Shown one piece after another: positions 45,092 through 54,794 of a DNA stretch of 64,000 bases. The stretch is from an uncultured Verrucomicrobiae bacterium. GTDB taxonomy: Bacteria > Verrucomicrobiota > Verrucomicrobiia > Palsa-1439. The number at the start of each line of letters is the position of its first letter. Position 1 is the first letter of the stretch. The position numbers were made by a program, and so were the translations under genes. The stretch covers positions 125,120 through 189,119 of the forward strand of contig CAWEWF010000002.1 of NCBI GenBank assembly GCA_963812605.1, read 5' to 3'. The notes beneath the pieces were generated by a model. It had not been told where the DNA came from, did no database searches, and saw nothing but the letters and a program-made list of their open reading frames with translations.

Positions 45092-46011
45092 CTTACTGAC
45101 TTTTCTTCCTTTTGCTGCATGCCCTGGAGGATGCGTTTGGCTGTAATCGACGGTAATTCCTCACGCCCAATGTCCAGCCAGTTTAGTTGAGTTTCGCGGC
45201 GAAACCAAGTCAATTGTCGCTTTGCCAGTTGCCGCGTGCGCGTCTTGATCAGCGCCACCGCTTCGGTGAGCGAGAGATCACCCCGCACGTGCGCGACCAA
45301 TTCCCGGTAGCCCGCCGCCTGCATCGCGGTCACGTTCTTCTCCAGCCCGCGCTCCAGCAACTGACGCACTTCGTTCACCCACCCGGTGGCAATTTGTTGG
45401 TCGATCCGTTGCTCAATACGCGCCTGCAGATCTTTGCGGTCGCGGTTTACTATGAACCCCGGAGCCGCAGCCGTGTCCCCGCCCCACTCCCTTTGCAATT
45501 CGCTGATCGGCTTGCCCGTCTGGTGAAACACTTCCAGCGCGCGCACCAGACGGCGCGGGTTATGACGATCAATACGCTTGGCCGTCGCCGGATCCAAACG
45601 CTCCAATTCTTCGAATAATTGGACCGCGCTCATCTTCTCCAGCCGCTCACGCAATTCCGCATTGCGGGGCGGCCCCTCGAACAATCCATGGCGCAAGGCG
45701 CGCACGTAAAGGCCGCTTCCGCCAACGACCAGCGCTTTCTTCCCCCGCGCATGGATGCCGTCAATGACTCGCGAAGCCATTTCGATGAACTGTTTGACGT
45801 CGAAGACCTCATTGACTTCGCACACGTCGATGAGGTGGTGTGGAACAAGCGCCCGCTCCTCAGCGGTTGGCTTGGCCGTGCCAATATCCATGCCGCGGTA
45901 CACCTGCATCGAGTCAGCAGACACGATCTCCACATCGACCAGCCGCGCTATTTCCAGCGCAACAACGCTCTTGCCAACAGCGGTCGGGCCAACGAGGAAG
46001 ACGGTTTGCAC
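45088..46011 (-). CDS. miaA: tRNA dimethylallyltransferase
   Basis: GPTAVGKS, DSMQVYRGMDIGTAKP, KRQLTWF. Confidence 0.97.
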   Translation of the reverse strand: MQTVFLVGPTAVGKSVVALEIARLVDVEIVSADSMQVYRGMDIGTAKPTAEERALVPHHLIDVCEVNEVFDVKQFIEMASRVIDGIHARGKKALVVGGSGLYVRALRHGLFEGPPRNAELRERLEKMSAVQLFEELERLDPATAKRIDRHNPRRLVRALEVFHQTGKPISELQREWGGDTAAAPGFIVNRDRKDLQARIEQRIDQQIATGWVNEVRQLLERGLEKNVTAMQAAGYRELVAHVRGDLSLTEAVALIKTRTRQLAKRQLTWFRRETQLNWLDIGREELPSITAKRILQGMQQKEEKSVS

Positions 46012-46066
46012 GGATGGACATCATACACGAAGTCTGTCATTCTGGGCGAAGCGAAGAGTTACCGAC

Positions 46067-47653
46067 GTGGATAAGCCAATCACTTTTCAGGTTCGCGACG
46101 GGATGATTGTGGTCGTGTTTTTCATGGTGGCCCTGGCGCTGCGGGCGCCATTTCGGAGCGAATACGCCTACCATTGGGACAGCGCGGAATTCTCGTTGGC
46201 GGTTCGCCAGTACAACGTGGCGCTGAGCCAGCCGCACGCGCCCGGCTACTTCCTGTATGTGATGGCCGGGCGCCTGATGAACCTGCTGATTGGCGATCCG
46301 CACGCCAGCCTCGTGTGGTTAAGCGTCCTCTGCGGGAGCGCGCTGGTGTCGGTCTTGTACCTGCTTGGCGCGGCAATGTTTGGACGGCGCGCGGGAATCA
46401 TTGCCGCGTTGTTGGGGATGACCAGTCCCCAGCTCTGGTTTTACAGTTGCGTGGCGCTGACGTATGTCGTCGACGGTTTTCTCGTGTGTTGCGTGGTGCT
46501 GTACTGTTGGCGGGCAACGCAACGCGGGGGAACCTGGACGGATGCGGTGCTGGTCGGCGGATTGCTGGCGGTCGTGGGCGGGGTGCGCCAACAAACGGTT
46601 CCAGCGCTCGTGCCGTTGGTGGTGTGGTTTTTTTGGAGATTCGAGCCCCCGCGATTCGCGAAACTCGCTGTTGCGGGGGGAGTCTCGGTTGGGCTGGCGA
46701 TGATGTGGTTTGTGCCGATGGTGAGCGCTTCCGGAGGACTCGCATTGTATCTGGAAGTCGTGCGGCGACATGCAGTCCACACCGCCCCGTTGACATGGTG
46801 GGGAGGCGGGTGGGATGCCCTCTTGTGGAATGTATTTTTCACGGGCGTATTTTGCGCGGATGGTTTGATCTTGGGCAGCCCGGTGCTGGCGGCCGCGCTG
46901 GTTTGCCGGGCATCGGGCGCGAGGGCGGAGCGCGACAAGGTGTGGGACAAAGAAAACCGTTTTGCGCTACACAGCGCGCTGATCTGGGTTATTTCCGCGG
47001 CGACGATGGAAATCGCTGTCAGTTACACGAGGCTGCCGGGGTATGTGCTGAATTTTCTGCCCGGTCTTGTCCTTCTCACGGCGGCCGCCATCGCTTCGTT
47101 GCGGGCCCAATCTGCCAGAATTGTGGTCGTCTCCATTCTTTGCGCTGCCAACATCTTTGCGTTCCTGGCCTGGCCGGCGCGCTGGGATGGTTTGTTCTTC
47201 GGCACGGGTCGGACGGCGCGTGAGATTCGAAACCAAGACCAAACCATTTCGAAGACGGTCCGTATTCTCCGGGAGCGGTTCCGTCCGCGAGACGTGGTGA
47301 TCTGCCACGCCGTCGAGTACCTGCCTTTCGGGATGCGTCATTTCCAATACTACCTGCCCGAGTTCGACCAGTACCTGCTGTTATCGGACAAGGTAATGAT
47401 CGCTCCCAGCGGCAAGCCGATGATGAGCTTTCGCGAGGGGCAATTGAGTTTTGTGCCGGGACTCGATATTGTCGGAAAGCAAACAATCATTCTGATCGTG
47501 CCGCCCGGGAGACAATTAAGCGATTTTGGTCCGTACTGTGATGTGGAACGGGCAGCGCTCGTGCCGGATTCAGACGGGATCATTTATACATTGAATCCGA
47601 AGTGGCTATTTTCGACGGTGCACGGCGACGAACGTGGGCTCAGTTATCCTTAA
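46067..47653 (+). CDS. GT-C fold membrane glycosyltransferase-like protein (DUF2723/PMT-like)
   Basis: YHWDSAEF...PHAPGY luminal motif; 10 or more TM segments. Confidence 0.7.
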   Translation: MDKPITFQVRDGMIVVVFFMVALALRAPFRSEYAYHWDSAEFSLAVRQYNVALSQPHAPGYFLYVMAGRLMNLLIGDPHASLVWLSVLCGSALVSVLYLLGAAMFGRRAGIIAALLGMTSPQLWFYSCVALTYVVDGFLVCCVVLYCWRATQRGGTWTDAVLVGGLLAVVGGVRQQTVPALVPLVVWFFWRFEPPRFAKLAVAGGVSVGLAMMWFVPMVSASGGLALYLEVVRRHAVHTAPLTWWGGGWDALLWNVFFTGVFCADGLILGSPVLAAALVCRASGARAERDKVWDKENRFALHSALIWVISAATMEIAVSYTRLPGYVLNFLPGLVLLTAAAIASLRAQSARIVVVSILCAANIFAFLAWPARWDGLFFGTGRTAREIRNQDQTISKTVRILRERFRPRDVVICHAVEYLPFGMRHFQYYLPEFDQYLLLSDKVMIAPSGKPMMSFREGQLSFVPGLDIVGKQTIILIVPPGRQLSDFGPYCDVERAALVPDSDGIIYTLNPKWLFSTVHGDERGLSYP

Positions 47654-48254
47654 GTAGATTACGGAAATGCTGCCGGAACTTCGCCACTTTGGGCGCGATT
47701 ACCATCTGGCAATAGGGCTGTCTCCCATGCAGCCTGAAATACTCCTGGTGATAATCCTCAGCCTTATAGAACGCTTTGAACGGCGAAAGTTGCGTCACAA
47801 TCGGCCCGTTCCAAATCTTCGCCGCGGCGATTTCCTTGATCACCTCTTTGGCCACGGCCTTCTGTTCGTCATTGCGATAAAAGATTACCGACCGATACTG
47901 CGTGCCGACATCATTCCCCTGTCGATCCAACGTTGTGGGATCATGCACGGTAAAAAACACCTCCAGAATCACCTTGAGCGAAACGATCTTGGGGTCAAAC
48001 GTAATCTCGCTCACCTCCGCATGTCCGGTGTCGCCCGTGCAGACCTGTTCATAGGTGGGATTCGGCACGGTGCCCCCGGAATAACCCGATTCAACTTTTT
48101 CCACGCCCTTCAATTGTTCGAAGACCGCTTCCGTGCACCAGAAGCAGCCGCCGCCGACGGTGATGACTTCGTTCGCTTGCGAGTTGGTAGTGGTTTGGCT
48201 CATGGCATTCGTCCCCAGCACGACTCCTGCGATTAGTGCGATGGACCTCAGCAT
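47640..48254 (-). CDS. msrA: Peptide-methionine (S)-S-oxide reductase with probable signal peptide
   Basis: [27 protein letters not shown]. Confidence 0.96.
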   Translation of the reverse strand: MLRSIALIAGVVLGTNAMSQTTTNSQANEVITVGGGCFWCTEAVFEQLKGVEKVESGYSGGTVPNPTYEQVCTGDTGHAEVSEITFDPKIVSLKVILEVFFTVHDPTTLDRQGNDVGTQYRSVIFYRNDEQKAVAKEVIKEIAAAKIWNGPIVTQLSPFKAFYKAEDYHQEYFRLHGRQPYCQMVIAPKVAKFRQHFRNLLKDN

Positions 48255-48317
48255 ACAGATTCGATGCAATTGCCGAGACCGCCGATTCGCACGAGAGAAG
48301 CGAGCTACGGTTTTCGG

Positions 48318-49376
48318 TCAGGAGCGGGCGGCTTGTCGCTGTTGGCGGCGAATGGTCCTGAGGTGGCTGTAACCGACCAGTCGGTGGCGCTGTTCGTCCC
48401 ACAGGCGGAAGGTGAATGATTTGAAGCTGGAGAACAGGGTCACAGGCGGGACGGTTTGAAACAGCGGCTCGGCTTTATGGCACTTCTCCAGATTGTAGTT
48501 GGGAATTCGCGGGCTGAGATGATGGATGTGATGGAAGCCGATGTTGCCGGAGAACCACTGCAGCACCCTGGGCAGCTTGTAAAAGGAACTGCCCTTCAGT
48601 GCCGCCTCGGTATAATCCCACTCTTCGCGGCGTTCCCAGTAAACTCCTTCAAATTGATGCTGCACGTAGAACAACCATACGCCAGCCGTACCGCCCATTG
48701 CCACCACGCTCACTTGAATCAGCAGGTAGGCCTTCCAGCCGAAGACGGAAATCATGCCGCCGACCAGACCCACGAGCGCGAGGTTTGTCCAGTAGACGGA
48801 ATGCCGCTCCCGCTTGCTGGCGCCCGGAGAAGGAAGGCGATGCTTGATAAGAAACAAGGCCGCCGGGGCAATGACAAACAGCACGATGGGATTGCGCGCC
48901 AGCCGATAAGCGAACCGCTTCCAGCGCGACGACTCCAGGTATTCCTGCACGGTCAAGGTCCAGACATCGCCCATGCCGCGCCGATCCAGGTCCCCGGAAC
49001 TGGCATGATGCACTGCGTGCTCCCACCGCCACAGATAGTAGGGCGTCAAAGTCACCACCCCCGTGACAAATCCCCAAAAATCATTGGCTTTGCGGGATTT
49101 GAAAAATGAACCATGACCACAATCGTGAAAAATGATGAACACGCGCACCAAAAAGCCGGCGGTGAGAATTGCCAGCGGTACCGTGAGCCAATACGACACC
49201 GACAAACTGAGATACATCAAATACCAAAGCACGGCATAGGGAACGAGCGAGTTCGTGATCTGCCAGATGGAGCGCCACATCGAGGGCTCCTGATACTTGG
49301 CCACAACTTCTTTCCAAGGCATCGCCGCCGCCTGTCGTTCGGCATCCGTATGAACCAGTTGATCGATCATAGACAT
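48318..49376 (-). CDS. Membrane fatty acid desaturase (Des/delta-12-like)
   Basis: His boxes HDCGH, HAVHH, HHIHH; YVQHQF. Confidence 0.92.
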   Translation of the reverse strand: MSMIDQLVHTDAERQAAAMPWKEVVAKYQEPSMWRSIWQITNSLVPYAVLWYLMYLSLSVSYWLTVPLAILTAGFLVRVFIIFHDCGHGSFFKSRKANDFWGFVTGVVTLTPYYLWRWEHAVHHASSGDLDRRGMGDVWTLTVQEYLESSRWKRFAYRLARNPIVLFVIAPAALFLIKHRLPSPGASKRERHSVYWTNLALVGLVGGMISVFGWKAYLLIQVSVVAMGGTAGVWLFYVQHQFEGVYWERREEWDYTEAALKGSSFYKLPRVLQWFSGNIGFHHIHHLSPRIPNYNLEKCHKAEPLFQTVPPVTLFSSFKSFTFRLWDEQRHRLVGYSHLRTIRRQQRQAARS

Positions 49377-49516
49377 TCCTTTTGCGGGATTTCCCTCAAA
49401 CAAATGGTAGCTGAACCACCTCCTTGAGGTTCCGCTAAAGACACAATATACACCCCGGCTGCGCGGTCGGCAACACCCAATCTCAAAAAAATTTGGCGCC
49501 TCGCCCGCTTATGCTT

Positions 49517-51130
49517 TCACCACGAATAGGCGCCGGCGTCGTCGAGGGCGAGCAGGTATTCGCCGACCATCCGGCCCTGGTCGTCGAACGCACGGGGCGT
49601 GGCGATGGCGGCGAGAATGTGCCGGGCGTGTTCGCGCCAGGAGGCATCGCCCGTCATCTTTGCAAGGGCCGTGAAGAACCGCGCACAGGCCACGTTGTGG
49701 ACAAATGGGTGCTGGCGCTGCGTAAACACGCCCGCGGCATTCTCATCGGGTGTGTGCTCGAAATAACCGCCCGACGTGGCATCCTCGAAGTTCTTCACGG
49801 TCGCGAGGCCGATCCGTCTCGCGGCATCGCGATACTTTGTGTCATTCGTGATCATCGCGAGACGCGCCAGGCCCAAACCGAAAGCGGCTGCGTCTGCGAG
49901 GTAGAATGGGCCGGATTTTTTGTTCGCATCGTGCCAGACGCTGCCGTCGTCGGCGACGTGGGAGGCGAGAATGGCATCGGCGGCGATACGCGCGCGCGCC
50001 AAAACATGTGAATCATATGGATTTTCGGAACGCGCAGACCACAAGGCGTTTTCATAAAGCGTACATAACGCGGCGATAGCGAGGCCGTTTTCGTGGGCGT
50101 AGATGTGGGTGTCGATGCGCGGAAAACCGAGTTTGCGGCGGCCAGCATCGTCAAGCGCATAGTACGTATGGCCATCCACGAATGGTTTGTCTTTTTCGTG
50201 CGCATTGAGGTCCGCATCCTGAGTCGCGAAGAAAGTGCCGTTGGTCGAGGTGAAAAAATTCTCCAAGTAACTGTCTATCTTCCGGGCATCGGCGAGGAAT
50301 GTCTCGTTGCTCGTCACCTGCCAGGCGAGCGCGGCGGCCTCCAAATTGGCGGCTTGATACGGCATAAGCTTCTCGAAATGCGGTTCGTTCCATTGGCTCG
50401 CCGCGGAATACTGGTAGATGCCACCCCAGACCGGATCGATCAGCGCCCGTTGTTTTTCGAGGCTGAAAATGGCCCGCTGGAGGGCGTTGCTGTCGCCGTG
50501 CGCGGCGCGGCGAAGTTCAAATTCGATGTCCGCGCCCATGGGCGCCTTTTGTTGACGCCCCCACCCTCCCTCGCGCGGGTCGTACCAGTCGTCCATGTCA
50601 CGCGTAACGCGGATGCCGATCCAGCCGAGCGCATCCACCGGCGCGGAAGGATCGGCGGCGACCCGGTTCGTGTCCTTTGGATTCGCGCGCTCGATGTCCG
50701 CCAGCGCGGTTTTCAATTCTTCCGGCGCGAGATAGCCGCGGAATTTTCCAAGTTCTTCGGCATCGGGCGAAAAGATCACTGTCGCGGGCCAACCCCACGC
50801 GCCGTAGCGCTCGGCAAGGTCCGGACGCGCGTCGATATCGACGCGGATCGCCACGAAGCGGTTGCTGAGGGCGCGTCCGATGTCGGGGTCCAGGTAGGTC
50901 GTCTCGTCCATGACGTGGCACCAATGGCACCACTCAGCGGCGCAATCGAGGAGGATGAAGCGGCGCTCGCGTTTCGCGAGCGCGAAGGCCTCGTTCGACC
51001 AGGCGACCCAGGGGAAAAGCTGCTGGCGTCCGCGCTCGCGGGCCTTGGCGATATTAACATTGTCGGGAACGTCCGCGGCGGAGACATTCACCGCGGAAAA
51101 CAGGACACAGATAACGGCAAGGCGGCGCAT
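49517..51130 (-). CDS. Exported DUF255 thioredoxin-domain / (alpha/alpha) barrel protein (YyaL/SPATA20-like)
   Basis: Signal peptide; WCHWCHVMD, GWP, PHFEK motifs; 7 nt after DUF2063 gene. Confidence 0.88.
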   Translation of the reverse strand: MRRLAVICVLFSAVNVSAADVPDNVNIAKARERGRQQLFPWVAWSNEAFALAKRERRFILLDCAAEWCHWCHVMDETTYLDPDIGRALSNRFVAIRVDIDARPDLAERYGAWGWPATVIFSPDAEELGKFRGYLAPEELKTALADIERANPKDTNRVAADPSAPVDALGWIGIRVTRDMDDWYDPREGGWGRQQKAPMGADIEFELRRAAHGDSNALQRAIFSLEKQRALIDPVWGGIYQYSAASQWNEPHFEKLMPYQAANLEAAALAWQVTSNETFLADARKIDSYLENFFTSTNGTFFATQDADLNAHEKDKPFVDGHTYYALDDAGRRKLGFPRIDTHIYAHENGLAIAALCTLYENALWSARSENPYDSHVLARARIAADAILASHVADDGSVWHDANKKSGPFYLADAAAFGLGLARLAMITNDTKYRDAARRIGLATVKNFEDATSGGYFEHTPDENAAGVFTQRQHPFVHNVACARFFTALAKMTGDASWREHARHILAAIATPRAFDDQGRMVGEYLLALDDAGAYSW

Positions 51131-51137
51131 GGGTGTT

Positions 51138-52076
51138 TCACGGCTGGCAGAACCAACCGAACGAGGTCCATTCCCTGAACCACTGCTGCACCAGTGACGA
51201 CCAATCCCTGGCGGCGGACGCACGGCGCTTCAGAAGCACCGCACAGGCCTTCTCGATTGTCGCCCCCTGCTGCAAGGCCCGCAGAATTTCGAACTGTTCA
51301 CGGATGAGCGGCTTGTAATAGACCGAGTTTTCCATCCGATGCACCGCAATGTACAGCCGTTGCGGTTTCAGCCCGCGAAAGCTGATGCGCCGGGCGCGTT
51401 TGTGCTGCAATGCGACGGCGTTGCTGGCCTCGCCGCGCAGCCGGTCGTCGCCCTTCTTGGCCGCGATGAGCAAATCGTCCACGGGATAGCGCACCTCCAG
51501 CAACGTGATGTAGGGCTGCAACGCGAGACGGATTTTGGACGGATCGCGACCGAGCAAATCGTCCACATGGATGGTTGGCTTTGCCGCCTCGTCAAACGCG
51601 ACGATGTTGGCCCATTCGATCCGCACCATGTCGAGCGCCAACTGTTGATGCGGCGTGGTCCATTTCGGTTCCGCGCGCAGAAAACCTTCGACACGGCGCC
51701 CGAGATTGCGGAGCGAAAACGATTCCGAGGGATAACGCGCGAGATAGGCGCGCGCCAGCCGCTCAAACTTGCGATCGCCGAGGACCGCCCGCAGACCGGG
51801 ATAATCCTCGTACAGGCAGTCCAGAATGCGGAACCAGTATTGGCGGTTATAGATTTCCAGGCGTTCGAACGACGTAAGGCGGTCATTGGGCTTGATGATG
51901 GCCTCGGCAACGGGAGCGGAGGTTTTTTGCATCCGATCACGCGGCCCCAGCGGTCGCATGATCGCATTGGCCATGAGCGCCTGCAGTTCGCCGAGTTGCC
52001 GGGGCGACGCAACCTTAGGCGGACGCGGTTTTTTGCTCGAACTGGCGGATGAATTGGTTGGCTTTGAGCGCCTCAT
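51138..52076 (-). CDS. DUF2063 family RiPP partner protein (BufC/HvfC-like); start uncertain
   Basis: PNDRLTSFERLEIYNRQYWFR, DYPGL, YPS motifs; overlaps DUF692. Confidence 0.88.
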   Translation of the reverse strand: MRRSKPTNSSASSSKKPRPPKVASPRQLGELQALMANAIMRPLGPRDRMQKTSAPVAEAIIKPNDRLTSFERLEIYNRQYWFRILDCLYEDYPGLRAVLGDRKFERLARAYLARYPSESFSLRNLGRRVEGFLRAEPKWTTPHQQLALDMVRIEWANIVAFDEAAKPTIHVDDLLGRDPSKIRLALQPYITLLEVRYPVDDLLIAAKKGDDRLRGEASNAVALQHKRARRISFRGLKPQRLYIAVHRMENSVYYKPLIREQFEILRALQQGATIEKACAVLLKRRASAARDWSSLVQQWFREWTSFGWFCQP

Positions 52077-52869
52077 GGTGAACCTCGTCGAACGACGGAA
52101 TGCGGTCATCCCACTCCAACAGGGTGGCGGTGTTGCCGACCAATTTGACGGCGCGGGCATAGAGTTCCCAGACGGGGTCCAGCACCGGATGATCGTGGGT
52201 GTCGAGAATGTACTTTTTGAATTTGGAATGGCCCGCGATGTGGATTTGCGCGACGCGGTGATGCGGAACGTGGTTGACGTAATCGTAGGGATTGAAATTG
52301 TGGTTCTTCGAGGAGACGTAGATGTTATTCACGTCGAGCAGGATTCCGCAGTCGGCCTGCTCGACGACCTCGGTGAGAAACTCCCACTCGGTCATTTCGG
52401 AGACATGAAACTCGGCGTAGCTGCTGACATTCTCGACGGCAATGGGGATTTCGAGAAAATCGCTCACCTCGCGGACTTTTTGCGCGGTGACTTTTGCCGC
52501 CGCGAACGTGTAGGGCATCGGCAGCAGGTCGTGCGTGTAACGGCCATCGACGCTGCCCCAGCAGAGATGGTCGGACAACCACGGCGTCTTCGTCCGCTTC
52601 ACCAGGGTCTTGAGGCGATTGAGATGTTCGCGGTTCAACTTGTCGGCGGAGCCGAAGTACATCGAGACGCCGTGCTGCACGACCCGGTACTGTTCGAGAA
52701 TCTGGTCGAGCACCTGCAACGGACGGCCGCCATCGACCATGAAATTTTCGGAGATGATCTCAAACCAATCGACGACCGGCTTGCGCGTGAGGATGTGCTG
52801 GTAATGCGGCACCCGCAGGCCGATGCCGATACCGTAATCGGTGAATCCGTTGAAGCGGTTGGCCGGCAT
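52015..52869 (-). CDS. DUF692 multinuclear non-heme iron oxidative enzyme (MNIO, BufB/HvfB-like)
   Basis: GIGLR, FEIISEN, HGVS, SDHL, ENVSSY, LLDVNNIYV, HIAGH, DTH, LLEWD. Confidence 0.97.
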   Translation of the reverse strand: MPANRFNGFTDYGIGIGLRVPHYQHILTRKPVVDWFEIISENFMVDGGRPLQVLDQILEQYRVVQHGVSMYFGSADKLNREHLNRLKTLVKRTKTPWLSDHLCWGSVDGRYTHDLLPMPYTFAAAKVTAQKVREVSDFLEIPIAVENVSSYAEFHVSEMTEWEFLTEVVEQADCGILLDVNNIYVSSKNHNFNPYDYVNHVPHHRVAQIHIAGHSKFKKYILDTHDHPVLDPVWELYARAVKLVGNTATLLEWDDRIPSFDEVHHEALKANQFIRQFEQKTASA

Positions 52870-52887
52870 AGAATAGTTGAAATGATT

Positions 52888-52916
52888 AGTGGGGGCGGCT
52901 TGCGACCGCCCCCACT
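52888..52916 (-). terminator. Strong stem-loop between precursor and DUF692
   Basis: Perfect 11-bp stem AGTGGGGGCGG/CCGCCCCCACT with 7-nt loop; weak U-tract. Confidence 0.6.
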
Positions 52917-52937
52917 CGAATCAATCGCTGGTGTTGG

Positions 52938-53231
52938 CTACGGCGTGGGAGCAGGAGTGTTGGTCTTGCAACCGCCCTTGCCTTTGCAGGAGTTCTGGCC
53001 TTTGCAGCCGTTGTCGCTGCCCTTGCAGCCGCCCTGACCCTTACAGCTATTCTGCCCCTTGCAGTCGTGTTTGCCCTTGTCGCCGGTGTCATCCAACTGG
53101 CCCCAGCTCGACAGGCTCGTGCCGTTCGGGGTGGTCTTGGTCTGCTGGCTGGCATAGGTACGCGCGACCGCGCCCGTCATCAAACCGGCCATGGCAGCGC
53201 CTGCGAACAGTGCTTTCGTGGATCTCTTCAT
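52938..53231 (-). CDS. Secreted six-Cys RiPP precursor (bufferin-like metallophore precursor)
   Basis: Signal peptide; tandem CKGQNSCKG(Q/K)GGCK repeats; GGAGG RBS; directly upstream of DUF692. Confidence 0.9.
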   Translation of the reverse strand: MKRSTKALFAGAAMAGLMTGAVARTYASQQTKTTPNGTSLSSWGQLDDTGDKGKHDCKGQNSCKGQGGCKGSDNGCKGQNSCKGKGGCKTNTPAPTP

Positions 53232-53406
53232 TGCTACTCCTCCGTTGGTTGTTTGGTTGGTTTTGAACTTTCGTTTCCGCCACGCCGGGCAGTAACGAAT
53301 CTTGTTTTACGATTGCGGAAAATTCTGGCTGGGAAAAACCCAGGCGGAGAAAAAGCCGGCACCATGGGTATCTGATGCCCGACGCGTTGGTTGGATTCGT
53401 ACATTT

Positions 53407-53751
53407 TCACCAATGACCGCCGTAACCAAGATACGGTTCGACCGCGTTTTTGGATTTATCCTCGCCTACCGGAGCCCGCCATCGGCTCCTACGAACAACT
53501 TGTACGCCGTCGATACATATAGACAACCGCGCGGTGAAAAGCAAACGGAATCGGAATGGACGGTGGGGTGCGCTCCGGAAGCAGGCGGTTCCCGTCAAAT
53601 GTGTTCCGCTGTAGTTCGACCATCTAGCGTGCAGCGACAATTCGTGAATCGCAAAAATCAATGCAAGGAACAGCAGTACAAGGGCCAGTTTGCCATAGTC
53701 GTTCATGACCTGTTTCAGTAGCCATCGGATCGTTTTTATTACGGGCTTCAT
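53407..53751 (-). CDS. Hypothetical protein with N-terminal TM (possibly frameshifted)
   Basis: 114-aa ORF in an AT-richer region. Confidence 0.35.
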   Translation of the reverse strand: MKPVIKTIRWLLKQVMNDYGKLALVLLFLALIFAIHELSLHARWSNYSGTHLTGTACFRSAPHRPFRFRLLFTARLSICIDGVQVVRRSRWRAPVGEDKSKNAVEPYLGYGGHW

Positions 53752-53759
53752 AGCGTGCT

Positions 53760-54773
53760 AGGAATGGCACGAATGTCAGGGCGCGCGTAACCGCTGCAAA
53801 AACCGGGGTTTCTTTTTTGGCCCTTTGGAAGACCGGGGGTTTTGGAAGGGATCGGCTACAACTTCCCGCGCCCGCCTTTAGTGTGGGCGTGCAATGGCAG
53901 TTCATCTGCAGGCAGAAACGGGAACAAGGTACGGAAGTTTCGCAACGCGCGCTTACGTGCCGCACTGAAGTTCTTTTCGCGCTCTGTTCCAAGCCAGCCG
54001 AGGTGCTTGAAATATTCAGCCGCCGCCGGGGCAACGGTGCTTCAAATTCGCCACGGTGGAGAAGTTCAGCAACCGCATTACGCCGAGATCGCGTAACTTC
54101 GCGCGCTGGACGTGTTGGCGTGTGCGCCCGGTTCTTCTTGGGGTTCGGAAAGGTCTTTGGCCGCGCCCCACTTACCCACTTGCGAAAATATTCGGCAATG
54201 GCGTCGTCGGTGAAGTATCTCCACGCGATATCTACGAGCAGAGTTTCCCTCTCGCGTATCCCGGTAACTATAGCGGCACGGATTGCCGTGATTTAGACTG
54301 CTTTTTTGCATGGAAATCCAAGCGTTGGCGATGCGACTGTCGCATGGATATTGCGCTAACTGGATGGGAGCGATGCCCAAATGTTCAACTTTACTCCCGA
54401 GTTTGCTGCCCTGGGCCTGACGTTCCAAGTTGCTAATCGCCTGCCACGGATTTGGGAAGTCACCAAGTCGAAGGTGGAGAGTCCGGCTCTGGATTGGAAA
54501 AGTGGTTAGGTATGAAAATTTCCAAGGCATATCCTATGCGCAAAAGCCTTTGCTCGTTACGGTGAATCTCCTCCACTTCTGCAGATGTGCTTGGCAAGTG
54601 TCCGGTGCAGTTGCTCGCCGTACCGTTGAAGCGTCGAGCGAATAAAAGGGCGACTCCCGCGCATACTCCCAGTAGCAGCACGCCAGAAGCTCAGCGTCCG
54701 GCACCTTGTCCTTATCGAATTTCCACTCACGCCAGTCAAGTTGTAGTGTTGGTGTGTTCTGCATGGCCGTCAT
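53760..54773 (-). pseudogene. Fragmented hypothetical protein (ends approximate)
   Basis: WKFDKDKVPDAELLACCYWEYARESPF; later DIAWRYFTDDAIAEYFRKW and LRDLGVMRLL in other frames. Confidence 0.5.
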
Positions 54774-54794
54774 GTAGCCGCTGCCGTCTCGCGC

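Noticed and set aside
43799-46011. miaA-hflX without hfq between them
   Set aside because: Expected in lineages lacking hfq; not novel.
52960-53070. Short repeats (CCTTGCAG/CTTTGCAG) as a non-coding array
   Set aside because: Explained by the CKG units of the precursor peptide.
53232-53340. ECF-type promoter or CusR box upstream of the precursor
   Set aside because: Only partial matches with atypical spacing; not supportable by eye.
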